A stretch of DNA of 29,552 nucleotides, taken from the IMG/VR virus record IMGVR_UViG_3300008452_005759; one strand, written 5' to 3'. Positions 13,540 through 21,981 of this stretch are shown here, in pieces (position 1 is the first letter of the stretch; each line of letters opens with the position of its first letter). The DNA is from a virus. A program made the position numbers and the translations under genes. Under the pieces are notes generated by a model. The model was given only the letters and a program-made list of their open reading frames with translations. It was not told the DNA's origin and did no database searches.

Positions 13540-15141
13540 GTGCTTTTCAATCAAATACAATTGGGTTTCCCAGCAATCTGGGTAAAGACCTTAGATTCAT
13601 ATCGACTAGAAGAAAATATACTTGCTTTAGATAAGCGTACATATTTTACAATTAACAAAGACGGCTTTAGCCAATTTGTTGACAATCAATGGAAGCCTGT
13701 TCTTGTAGCAATTGATAGTCCCGAAGACAGTAATCAGAAAATCTATAAGACTACTTCTGATATTTCTTTAGCATTCGATTACATGCTAAACACAGATTCT
13801 TTAAAGTCTGTTCAAAAAACTTTCATCAATCATTTTCTTGGTGATCCTGCGAACTTCTTTATGATGTTCGGTGGTCTTATTTCTTCACTACATTCTGAAT
13901 ATCGAACATCTTTTAAGACTGATAACTTGGAATCGATGCCTCTTCAGATGATAGTTATTTCTCATTTAGATCCTCCAGAGCAGATAGCTCATTTATTCCA
14001 TGTTGCAGAAGAGTCTTATCCAAACATGGAAGAGCTTAAATCTATCCTTTACCATATACATACTTCAACTAACGGCGAAGTCATTAATCCAGAGCTTGCA
14101 GATGAAATCGCAAAAGCTGGTCTTGGACTTAGCGAGTCTAAGTTTGTTAACTTGTGTCTTCTTTCTGTTCTTGAAAAAGGCACAGTTGATTCATCTTTTA
14201 TCTATGGAGAAAAGATGGCTAACGTTAAGAAGAATGGAATTCTCGAGATTATAAAGCCTAAGACCACTTTTGATAATATTGGTGGTCTTGACAACATTAA
14301 GAATGTTATTTTTAATAATCTTTATTTTTGGAACAATCCCCAAGAAGCAGAGAAGTTTGGCATTCAGCCTATCCGTCGCATTCTTACCGTTGGCATTCCT
14401 GGTACCGGTAAGTCTGCTATTTGTGAGGCTACTGCCAATGCGTTAGGTTTGGATCTTGCACGTACTGGCGTTAGCCAAGTTATGAATTCTTTCATTGGCC
14501 AGTCAGAACAGAATATGCGTGCCGTTTTCCAGCAAATTAAAGTTATGGCTCCATTGTGTGTTTGGATTGACGAGTTCGGTCGTGATATGTCTGGTGGTCA
14601 GAGTTCTTCTCATGTTGACGGTGGCACAACTGACCGTGTTCATGGTGAGTTTCTAACTGGTCTACAGGAACTTCCTGACAATGTATTCTTGATGTGTGCT
14701 GCTAACCAACTCAATCATCTTAAGCCAGAGATGCTTCGTGCAGAACGTTTCGACAAGATCTTCTTTGTTGGTTTACCTTCTTTTGAAGAGCGTGTTGAAA
14801 TTGTCAAGATTTATCTCCCTGAAGATACTTTTAATTATGAGGCTATTGCTAAAGCCACTAAGTATTTTACTGGTGCAGAGATAAAGTCCCTTATTAAAGA
14901 AGTTAAATTTAATATTGTAAGCTCTGAGCGTCGCTATCTTAATACTAAAGATGTTATTACTGCTGCTCCCAACATGCGTAACATTCTTTGGAATAAAGAA
15001 AGAGAAATGATTAAAGATCTCTATAGGCATGCCTATGAGAACTGGGACTGGGCTTCCAGCTTTCAATATAATGAAATAGATGATATACTAGGTAATTCTA
15101 AGTCTATCCAAAAAGATTCAGTTTGGTCAGTGAAAGGTTAG
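13540..15141 (+). CDS. classical-clade AAA ATPase (Cdc48/FtsH/proteasomal-ATPase-like module) with novel N-terminal domain
   Basis: GTG 13540 lies 4 nt after ATTGGAGA (13528-13535). Walker A GIPGTGKSA; Walker B CVWIDEF; SRH-like AANQLNHLKPEMLRAERFDKIFFVGLP. The track ORF start at 13294 reads through the Ubl gene and terminator and is rejected. Confidence 0.85.
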   Translation: MLFNQIQLGFPAIWVKTLDSYRLEENILALDKRTYFTINKDGFSQFVDNQWKPVLVAIDSPEDSNQKIYKTTSDISLAFDYMLNTDSLKSVQKTFINHFLGDPANFFMMFGGLISSLHSEYRTSFKTDNLESMPLQMIVISHLDPPEQIAHLFHVAEESYPNMEELKSILYHIHTSTNGEVINPELADEIAKAGLGLSESKFVNLCLLSVLEKGTVDSSFIYGEKMANVKKNGILEIIKPKTTFDNIGGLDNIKNVIFNNLYFWNNPQEAEKFGIQPIRRILTVGIPGTGKSAICEATANALGLDLARTGVSQVMNSFIGQSEQNMRAVFQQIKVMAPLCVWIDEFGRDMSGGQSSSHVDGGTTDRVHGEFLTGLQELPDNVFLMCAANQLNHLKPEMLRAERFDKIFFVGLPSFEERVEIVKIYLPEDTFNYEAIAKATKYFTGAEIKSLIKEVKFNIVSSERRYLNTKDVITAAPNMRNILWNKEREMIKDLYRHAYENWDWASSFQYNEIDDILGNSKSIQKDSVWSVKG

Positions 15142-15146
15142 TAAAC

Positions 15147-15764
15147 ATGTCATTTAATGATGAACTAAACGAAATACTAGATGGTTTTGGTGCAGATACT
15201 ACTTCTGATGATAAACCTAAGTATTCAAATAATTTATACAAGAAGTGGTTTCGCTCAAAAAGTCAGAGCGGATTCCTTTCTATTCGTCCTTGGTTTCAAG
15301 GAATGAAGTTTAATATTGACATTGGCAAAACTTCTGCTGATGGTAAACTTGAAAGTTCTACCAACTGTTTTGTTGATGCAGTAGATTTTGCTGCATATAC
15401 TAAAGCTATTGTTCATAATGTTGCTGTTCACAATTTTCCTGCAAACGAAAGATTAGGAATTTCTACTCCTGAGTCTTTTGTTTCCTATGGTGGCGGCAAT
15501 ATTAATGGTCAACCAGTTAGTAGGATCTTTAAAGCTCAATACTGGCAGTCGGGTGATAATGTTGACTCTTCTGCTTTTATTTGGAAGACTGGACATTTTA
15601 AAGCTCGCAAGTCTGATACTGGCGCTTTTATTCCAGATATGAAGTCTCCAATATCTGTTGATTCTATTAAAGTAACCAGACAAGATATTGTTACCATATC
15701 TTATCTTCTTGACCTTTCTCTTACTTCTCACGTCTCAAACAATGTTGATTGGTATGAAATCTAA
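15147..15764 (+). CDS. hypothetical protein
   Basis: ATG 15147 lies 6 nt after the AAA stop and is preceded by GAAAGG. 205 aa. Confidence 0.6.
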   Translation: MSFNDELNEILDGFGADTTSDDKPKYSNNLYKKWFRSKSQSGFLSIRPWFQGMKFNIDIGKTSADGKLESSTNCFVDAVDFAAYTKAIVHNVAVHNFPANERLGISTPESFVSYGGGNINGQPVSRIFKAQYWQSGDNVDSSAFIWKTGHFKARKSDTGAFIPDMKSPISVDSIKVTRQDIVTISYLLDLSLTSHVSNNVDWYEI

Positions 15765-16165
15765 TGTCTGATGATAACAAGGAAAACCAAGAAGATCTTT
15801 TTCTATTTGGAGATGTTACTGATTTTGATCTTTTTAAAGCTCAAGTTCAAACTATCTTTATTACACTTTCCAATGAAATTGAAAAAAGATTAAAAGAAAA
15901 AGACGAGCAGATTGAAAAGATACAAGAACAATTCGCTTTGTTATTTGCTGGCTATGCAGAGCAAGCTTCTGTAATAGAGAATATTCTTGTTACCTTTTTA
16001 TCAGACGATCCAGAAAAAGAAAAAAGATTTAGAGAGAATTTATCTGAATCTAGAAAACAGTTTCTGGAAATGCTAAAAGAAGGAGCTGAAGATGTATTGG
16101 CTAGAGAAGATCCAAACCTTGCCGCAGCCGTTACCGACGTGGTTGACAAAAAGCTATCTAACTGA
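15764..16165 (+). CDS. hypothetical acidic coiled-coil protein
   Basis: TAATG overlap at 15762-15766. Glu/Lys-rich heptad-like sequence. Confidence 0.6.
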   Translation: MSDDNKENQEDLFLFGDVTDFDLFKAQVQTIFITLSNEIEKRLKEKDEQIEKIQEQFALLFAGYAEQASVIENILVTFLSDDPEKEKRFRENLSESRKQFLEMLKEGAEDVLAREDPNLAAAVTDVVDKKLSN

Positions 16166-16363
16166 ACCAGTAAATAATACTTCTGTTTTATTTGTTCAAA
16201 AAGAATATCTTACATATCTATCCAATACTTATTATCTGTCTCAGATATACTCATTAGCTAAAGACATGCATTCTGATATTCTGTCTTTGCATCTGTCCTC
16301 TTTGTCTTTTTATGATCTATTAAAAGACAACAAAATCCAATTTGAATCAGTTCAGGTAAACTT

Positions 16364-17026
16364 ATGACCATATTATTTAAAAGTCTTGATCATGAACAAA
16401 TCAAGTCTTATGTTATTCAATCGTTCTCTTCTTCTAATGAACGTTTTCATCCCTACAATTATTATTTAGCTCATTTGTTGGCACGGAAAAAGAACGCAGA
16501 TCTAAAACACTATGTTTCTTTAGACAGCACTTCTGTTTCTCCTTCTTCTTATTCTTTTTTATTTGATAATTTATCTCAAGAAGATAAGAACTTTGCGATT
16601 GATTATTACAATCAAACTACTTCTTCTTTTGATTCTTCTGATCTTTTATATCTTTATCATGGCTCAAGTTCAGCTATATTTTCTAATATCTTTCTAGATA
16701 TACTGCCAAGCGATTTTAATCATTTGTATTTTTATTTAATTGAAAACAACTTGCTTAAAAAAATCGGTACCAATCTTGGAAAAGCTCATATCTTTTCTTC
16801 TCAAATTGCATATCATGATTTTTCCACATTTACTAGTGCCGGATCTTTTACTTCTTATACTGAAGCAGTAGACGCTATGGTAAATGAAATGTCTGATTTG
16901 AAGAAAGATATATCACATCTTCTTTATCTTTTGGATCAAAAAGATATAGATATTCTTAATCTTGAGAATAAGATTACTGAACTTAATCACAGAAATTATA
17001 TTTCTTCTACTTTTACGTGGTCTTGA
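16364..17026 (+). CDS. hypothetical protein
   Basis: 220-aa ATG ORF with a coiled-coil C-terminal segment. Confidence 0.55.
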   Translation: MTILFKSLDHEQIKSYVIQSFSSSNERFHPYNYYLAHLLARKKNADLKHYVSLDSTSVSPSSYSFLFDNLSQEDKNFAIDYYNQTTSSFDSSDLLYLYHGSSSAIFSNIFLDILPSDFNHLYFYLIENNLLKKIGTNLGKAHIFSSQIAYHDFSTFTSAGSFTSYTEAVDAMVNEMSDLKKDISHLLYLLDQKDIDILNLENKITELNHRNYISSTFTWS

Positions 17027-17027
17027 T

Positions 17028-17726
17028 ATGCCTCATCAACATGAACAATTGTCCATCGAAGATCTTCTTGCTTCGCTCACTGCTCTTAATCCAGATTCTG
17101 ATTTAAACAAAGTCAAATCAAAACTTTACGCTGGTAAATTAAAAATAACTAATGAGGTTCCAATGGAAAATCCTTTTGAATCAGATATTTCTGACACAGA
17201 AAGGGCTATGCTTATAATTAACAATACTGTCAGAGATATTGTTGATCTTCCTGCGTGCGTTCATTTTACCAATTCTTCTTCTCCTAATATTGGAAAAGAT
17301 TACAGATTTGCCAATATGGCACCTATGCATAATTGTTCAAATGGTAAAATGCATGCTGATCCCAACGCTGCTAATGTTTGTCCAACAATTACTAATCAAA
17401 GTTCTTGCTTTGGTTACTCAATGGACTTTTCTATACTTTCTAAGTACGATCATAATTCTATCTTTTATTATTTAATTCGCTATCGCAAAATCACTGGTTC
17501 TATTTCTTATTTAATAGCTGATTCAAACGGAAGCGTTTATCAAACTATTTCTCATGATTCTTCTTTATCATCTAAAGAAAATGATTTTGATAACGACGCA
17601 ATTAATGTATTTACTTCTTATGTTTCTGATTTAACTTTAAATTCTTCATTTGATTTAGACTTTCCTGTATCAGAAAAACAACAAGAAGAAAAACCTTCTT
17701 CCTATCTCTCTTACATTTTAGGATAG
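17028..17726 (+). CDS. hypothetical protein, possibly a degenerate E2-like paralog
   Basis: ATG 17028 lies 1 nt after the upstream stop. IVDLPACVHF...FANMAPMHNCSNGKMHADPNAANVCPT loosely follows the strand, P-x-h-N flap and Cys layout of the three clearer E2-like proteins. Confidence 0.5.
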   Translation: MPHQHEQLSIEDLLASLTALNPDSDLNKVKSKLYAGKLKITNEVPMENPFESDISDTERAMLIINNTVRDIVDLPACVHFTNSSSPNIGKDYRFANMAPMHNCSNGKMHADPNAANVCPTITNQSSCFGYSMDFSILSKYDHNSIFYYLIRYRKITGSISYLIADSNGSVYQTISHDSSLSSKENDFDNDAINVFTSYVSDLTLNSSFDLDFPVSEKQQEEKPSSYLSYILG

Positions 17727-17727
17727 T

Positions 17728-18972
17728 ATGTATACTTATACTTTTTATTCTCACCCTTATCTATTCGGTTATTTTGTTCGTTCTGCTGAACCGTTTGGTA
17801 ACGAATATCATTTTCATGTTGCTGCTACTATTTCTGATACATCTTCTATTCCGCCTAATGTAACTCGTGAAAAGTTTCTTCAAGGCGACTACGATAAAAC
17901 TAATTTTAAAGATCTACTTCCTATGGCTGTTAGATCTACTTTTTCTTCTCTTGATAAAAACTACTATTTGGTTGAAAGACCACCTTTTCAATCCAAAATT
18001 GATTATTCTAAAAACCAGTCTTATTATGTTCGCAAACCTGATAAGACTATACAAGGTAAAGATATGTGGATTCCATGGACTGCTATGCTAATTAGCGTTC
18101 CAAAGGATTGTACTTATTTTAATCAAATAACTTTTAACTTGTATTTTAATGACGCTCCTATTTCTTCTGATGAAGATTTCTTAATTAATTCATTTTTTCC
18201 TAATTCTTCTAACGGTAGTGGCACTCTTTGTATAGGCTCTACTCTTTCTAATATAACTTTTGATCAACCTAATCCTTCTATTAAGGAAATAGTAAATATT
18301 ATTTATAATGATTATTTTTCTGGTGGTTGGAACTCAGACATTTCTAATCACATAAGATATAACAAAGCTATGCTCCCTGCTCTTGAGCGTTTAGAATTAA
18401 ACGATTCCAAGAATTATCAGAAGACTGATCTTCCTAGTATAAAGCATTCTCTTTTAAGATCTTCTGAAGATCATGCTACTGTTTCTACTTATAATACTAA
18501 TTATGTACAGTTTTTTTATTGTTACTCAGAAATGACATTTGAAGAAACAATGAATTATTTTAATATAATGAAACAAGCCCATATTAGCGGAGTTGCTCCT
18601 GTTCCTGTTACTTCTATTAGTTCTATGTCAGATGGTATTGATCGCAATTCTTCTTCTTTAAGAACTTCTTTATTTTCACAAGATTTGTCAAGAGATGCAA
18701 ATGTAGCTTTTGGTTGTATTGCTATTAATGATCTTATTTCTAAGAATCATATTACTGCAACTTGCAATGTTGTCATATCTGATTACGATCCTAAGACTTC
18801 TGACTTTTATTCTTATATAAGGCATCCTCAGATTATTTCAGATGTTTTTTCTCGTATAACACTTTTGCTATCCGACAGAGGCAATCCTGCATATTCTTTC
18901 CCTTACCGTTTAGACTACAGCACTAAAGATCTATTTAATAATACTGGAGATATTTATGCAGATGCCTTCTGA
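17728..18972 (+). CDS. E2/UBC-like domain protein (paralog)
   Basis: LVERPPFQSKIDYS...MWIPWTAMLISVP...ITFNLYFNDAPISSDEDFLINSFFPNSSNGSGTLCIGS. Candidate Cys168 codon 18229-18231. It aligns by eye with the 8860 and 18956 proteins. Confidence 0.55.
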   Translation: MYTYTFYSHPYLFGYFVRSAEPFGNEYHFHVAATISDTSSIPPNVTREKFLQGDYDKTNFKDLLPMAVRSTFSSLDKNYYLVERPPFQSKIDYSKNQSYYVRKPDKTIQGKDMWIPWTAMLISVPKDCTYFNQITFNLYFNDAPISSDEDFLINSFFPNSSNGSGTLCIGSTLSNITFDQPNPSIKEIVNIIYNDYFSGGWNSDISNHIRYNKAMLPALERLELNDSKNYQKTDLPSIKHSLLRSSEDHATVSTYNTNYVQFFYCYSEMTFEETMNYFNIMKQAHISGVAPVPVTSISSMSDGIDRNSSSLRTSLFSQDLSRDANVAFGCIAINDLISKNHITATCNVVISDYDPKTSDFYSYIRHPQIISDVFSRITLLLSDRGNPAYSFPYRLDYSTKDLFNNTGDIYADAF

Positions 18973-20197
18973 TTTGATAAGAAGCCATTTATATTCTAAA
19001 GGAATTCCTACAAACGATTATATAGTTGTTGAATCTTTTAGTCACGACTATTTTCTAAGAAGTATAAAAAATGCAATAGCTAATGAATTAGAGTATTCAC
19101 AACCATACTCTTATTTAAGCGTTGTTACAAATGGAGTTACTTCAACTTTAGAAGATGTTACTTTACAGAATTATTTTGATATATTTTCTTGTTTAGCTCC
19201 TGCAGACTATTCTACTAATCCTTCTGTTATATTTCCTGGCATTAGATATATATCAGATACTATCTTGATATTTGAACGCCCTCCTACTATGAAGCCTTAT
19301 TCTTACAGTAATGCTTATAGAGAATCTATTACTGACGAAACACGTAGCCAAGAATTTTATATACCAATTCCTTGGCAAGTTTACATATGCTCTTTTGATC
19401 CTCGCGAAATGAGATTGCTTAATGCTAAAATGCTTTTTGCAAATTCTTCTCTTTCTTCGTTTGAAGACAACGTTTATGCTCCTCCTCTTTTAAACTTTTA
19501 CTCAAACGCCAACCTCTGCAGACCTTTCTTTGAGTCTATGGACGATATAGAAAAATATCCAAAAACTTATAGTGGAATTATGGCTTCTGCTTATGATTGG
19601 ATTTGGAACTCTGGTACCAATCTTGATATTACTGAGAATATTTCTGAGTTTTTAAGACTAAAGAAATACGAACAGTTTAAGCCTTATTGTATTCAAAATC
19701 CAGATGTTTCTTCTTATTACAATTTGCTTGCATCTAGTAACATATCTTCTAATCCTACTTCTCTTCATTATAAACTTGTTAAATCTTATTTCACTTGCTT
19801 AGAGCAGGTTCCTCTTGAAGAGATTGTAAATTTTGATTGGACTAATCCTACTGTAGAAGATTTTTATTATCAAGAAAATCATAATTCTTTATCTACAATT
19901 ATTGAATCTTTTGCTGATGAACACAATTTTATTATTCACGAGCACAACTTTGATCAAGAAGAACATGACGACGATTGTCCTGAAGAGTGCATATATCGCG
20001 ATGATGTTCCTCATCTTGATGGTTATAATCAGTATTATCAAGATCGTATGAATTTTCAGCCATCGCCAAAGGATCTTCGATTCTGTGCTCTTCAATCTGT
20101 ACTTTATCTTGTGCGTCAAGGATTTTACAAATCTTTTTCTAAAGAGTCACAAATGAACAAGATTTATTCTACTGCTCTTAGTGTCATCAATAGTTAA
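18956..20197 (+). CDS. E2/UBC-like domain protein (paralog)
   Basis: LIFERPPTMKPYSYS...FYIPIPWQVYICSF...AKMLFANSSLSSFEDNVYAPPLLNFYSNANLCRP. Candidate Cys188 codon 19517-19519. It overlaps the upstream gene by 17 nt. Confidence 0.55.
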   Translation: MQMPSDLIRSHLYSKGIPTNDYIVVESFSHDYFLRSIKNAIANELEYSQPYSYLSVVTNGVTSTLEDVTLQNYFDIFSCLAPADYSTNPSVIFPGIRYISDTILIFERPPTMKPYSYSNAYRESITDETRSQEFYIPIPWQVYICSFDPREMRLLNAKMLFANSSLSSFEDNVYAPPLLNFYSNANLCRPFFESMDDIEKYPKTYSGIMASAYDWIWNSGTNLDITENISEFLRLKKYEQFKPYCIQNPDVSSYYNLLASSNISSNPTSLHYKLVKSYFTCLEQVPLEEIVNFDWTNPTVEDFYYQENHNSLSTIIESFADEHNFIIHEHNFDQEEHDDDCPEECIYRDDVPHLDGYNQYYQDRMNFQPSPKDLRFCALQSVLYLVRQGFYKSFSKESQMNKIYSTALSVINS

Positions 20198-20206
20198 TGC
20201 TTCTCC

Positions 20207-20235
20207 TTGACATCTATATACCTTTTTGGTAATAT
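20207..20235 (+). promoter_or_regulatory. sigma-70/SigA-type promoter with overlapping inverted repeat
   Basis: TTGACA (20207-20212), 17-nt spacer, then TGgTAATAT (extended -10, hexamer 20230-20235). The imperfect inverted repeat ctatatacc / ggtaatatatag spans the spacer. Confidence 0.6.
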
Positions 20236-20271
20236 ATAGATATATAAACTTTAAAAAAGGTAAAACCTAAA

Positions 20272-20583
20272 ATGTCAAAAAGAAAATCATCACAACCTCA
20301 TTTTAATAGATCAGAGGTTGCAAAGATTCTAAATGTATCCACTCTTACCATTGCAAACAGAGAAAAGACTAAGAAGTATCCTGATCCCAAAAGAGATATG
20401 AATAACTATAGGATTTACAGTATTAATGATGTTATGAATCTTCAATTGATAACATATAATCACATTGATACAAAGCCAATAATATCTATTCTTTATGATA
20501 AAGGATACAGAGATACTAAGTATCTTGGCGAAATAATTGATGAAGCTATGTCTTCGAGAGTTGGTTCAAATGTCAGAAGATAA
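20272..20583 (+). CDS. MerR/excisionase-type helix-turn-helix DNA-binding protein
   Basis: FNRSEVAKILNVSTLTIANREK...YRIYSINDVMNL fits the MerR-superfamily HTH plus wing pattern. Confidence 0.6.
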   Translation: MSKRKSSQPHFNRSEVAKILNVSTLTIANREKTKKYPDPKRDMNNYRIYSINDVMNLQLITYNHIDTKPIISILYDKGYRDTKYLGEIIDEAMSSRVGSNVRR

Positions 20584-20803
20584 TAATTTTCAGTATAATC
20601 AACAGAATACAAATCCATTTGTTGAAGAAGTTTCAGACTATGTTTCAACTGATGTAATTACTGATCTTAAGTCAGGAATATACAATCTTTTTCTTAGTCT
20701 ACTTAACAACCTTATGGTACAATATGGCCCTATAGAAGCTGTGAAAATTTCAACAGAGTTTATAGATACAATATCAGATACATTTAAAAAAACCCTAGAA
20801 TAA
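20570..20803 (+). CDS. hypothetical protein
   Basis: ATG 20570 (14-nt overlap with the upstream gene). The track start at 20537 is further upstream. Confidence 0.5.
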   Translation: MSEDNNFQYNQQNTNPFVEEVSDYVSTDVITDLKSGIYNLFLSLLNNLMVQYGPIEAVKISTEFIDTISDTFKKTLE

Positions 20804-20816
20804 TTGGAGAAATAAA

Positions 20817-21239
20817 ATGATAGACCCACGCAATACTGTAATTCTTACAGCTGGAATAATTTCAGATCCAGAACTTGTTGCAAATGGAAACATTGCAAAG
20901 TTCAGAATTGCTGTTGATTACGCAGGAAGCGAAAAGGGCGCTGGAGCATCCAGTGGCTACTTTGATGTAGTTTACTATCTTAAGGATGGCTCTGAGCCAG
21001 CTTCTAAGAACGCTTCATTCGTTATCTCACAGCTTCAGAACAATAAGATGAAAAAGGGCTCACAGGTTCAGCTTGTTGGCCGTCTTGTTCAGGAGCGTTG
21101 GCAGCAGGATGGCCAGAACCGTTCTAAGACAGTAGTTGTTGCAGAAGCAGTGACATATGCTGGATCTAACTTCCAGAAGTCATCTGATGCTCCAGCATCT
21201 ACTTCTCAGCCTTCCACATCTATCCCGGATGAGTTCTGA
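20817..21239 (+). CDS. ssb: single-stranded DNA-binding protein (OB fold) with acidic C-terminal tip
   Basis: ATG 20817 lies 6 nt after ATTGGAGA. NTVILTAGIISDPEL...FRIAV...VQLVGRLVQERWQQDGQNRSKTVVVAEAV is a typical SSB core. A flexible Ser/Thr/Pro tail ends in IPDEF. GC-rich codon usage. Confidence 0.85.
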   Translation: MIDPRNTVILTAGIISDPELVANGNIAKFRIAVDYAGSEKGAGASSGYFDVVYYLKDGSEPASKNASFVISQLQNNKMKKGSQVQLVGRLVQERWQQDGQNRSKTVVVAEAVTYAGSNFQKSSDAPASTSQPSTSIPDEF

Positions 21240-21981
21240 TTTTAATCCGTCTTTAGTAGACTCTTTAATAGAAGAAGCTTTATCTTCCCCTAAGGCACCA
21301 GACCGTTCTTATGGTCATTTGGGCTTTATGGAGGGAGATATTGTTTCTTCTATTTTTTCTGCTATTCAAGATAGAGTTCCTAATGAAACTTTTCTTAAAA
21401 TAGTCAAAGAGTCTAGAGAAAACTATACTTCCTACATTGTTCCACAAAAGATAACTGATTTACATACAGTTACTCACAACTGTAGAAAGTGTAGTTTTTC
21501 TGGTATAAATCCTGCTCTTCCAAAATGGAATGTTCACAATCCAGATGTTTTGTTTATATTAGAAACTTCTAATATTGATCAGAATTCTTCTGCTCTGTTT
21601 ATTTCAGCTTTAAAAGAAGCAGGGTTTAAGTCTGAAAATGTTTGTCTTACATATCTTTTAAGATGCCCTACTAAAGACATTCAAGAACAATACATAGACA
21701 ATTGTAAATCTTATCTCCATCAAGAAATTCAAATAATGAATCCTAAACTTATTTGTCCTATTGGTGGAACAGTTTTATCATCTTTGTTTGGCACTGATGT
21801 AAAACTAAAAGAATACAAAAGTAAAGTTACTTGGCTAGGATCTTGGCCAATTTATCCACTTTATTCTTTAGCATATATTAATAAAGCCGGTGAATCAGCG
21901 TTAGCTGATTTTAAGGCAGATATGAACCAAGCGTACCAATTTTGCTATAAGAAAGTAGCTAATAATGAATCAGATAAATGA
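21229..21981 (+). CDS. uracil-DNA-glycosylase-superfamily (family 4/5-like) protein, divergent
   Basis: ATG 21229 overlaps the ssb end. CRKCSFSG...VLFILETSN...LLRCPTKD...ICPIGGTVLSSLFG follows the order of UDG family-4 blocks, but the active-site residues differ from the canonical ones. Confidence 0.45.
   Translation: MSSDFNPSLVDSLIEEALSSPKAPDRSYGHLGFMEGDIVSSIFSAIQDRVPNETFLKIVKESRENYTSYIVPQKITDLHTVTHNCRKCSFSGINPALPKWNVHNPDVLFILETSNIDQNSSALFISALKEAGFKSENVCLTYLLRCPTKDIQEQYIDNCKSYLHQEIQIMNPKLICPIGGTVLSSLFGTDVKLKEYKSKVTWLGSWPIYPLYSLAYINKAGESALADFKADMNQAYQFCYKKVANNESDK

Noticed and set aside
14000-15731. Alternative-frame and antisense ORFs 14000..14254, 14696..14884, 14773..15066 (-) and 15453..15731 (-)
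   Set aside because: They are embedded in the AAA ATPase gene and the 15147 gene and have Leu/Ser-rich junk composition. No independent signals support them.
16092-16367. 91-aa ORF overlapping the end of 15764..16165 by 74 nt
   Set aside because: It is the only ORF covering the 16166-16363 gap, but it has a long overlap, no SD and a low-complexity sequence. It could be real or the gap could be noncoding, so this is undecided.
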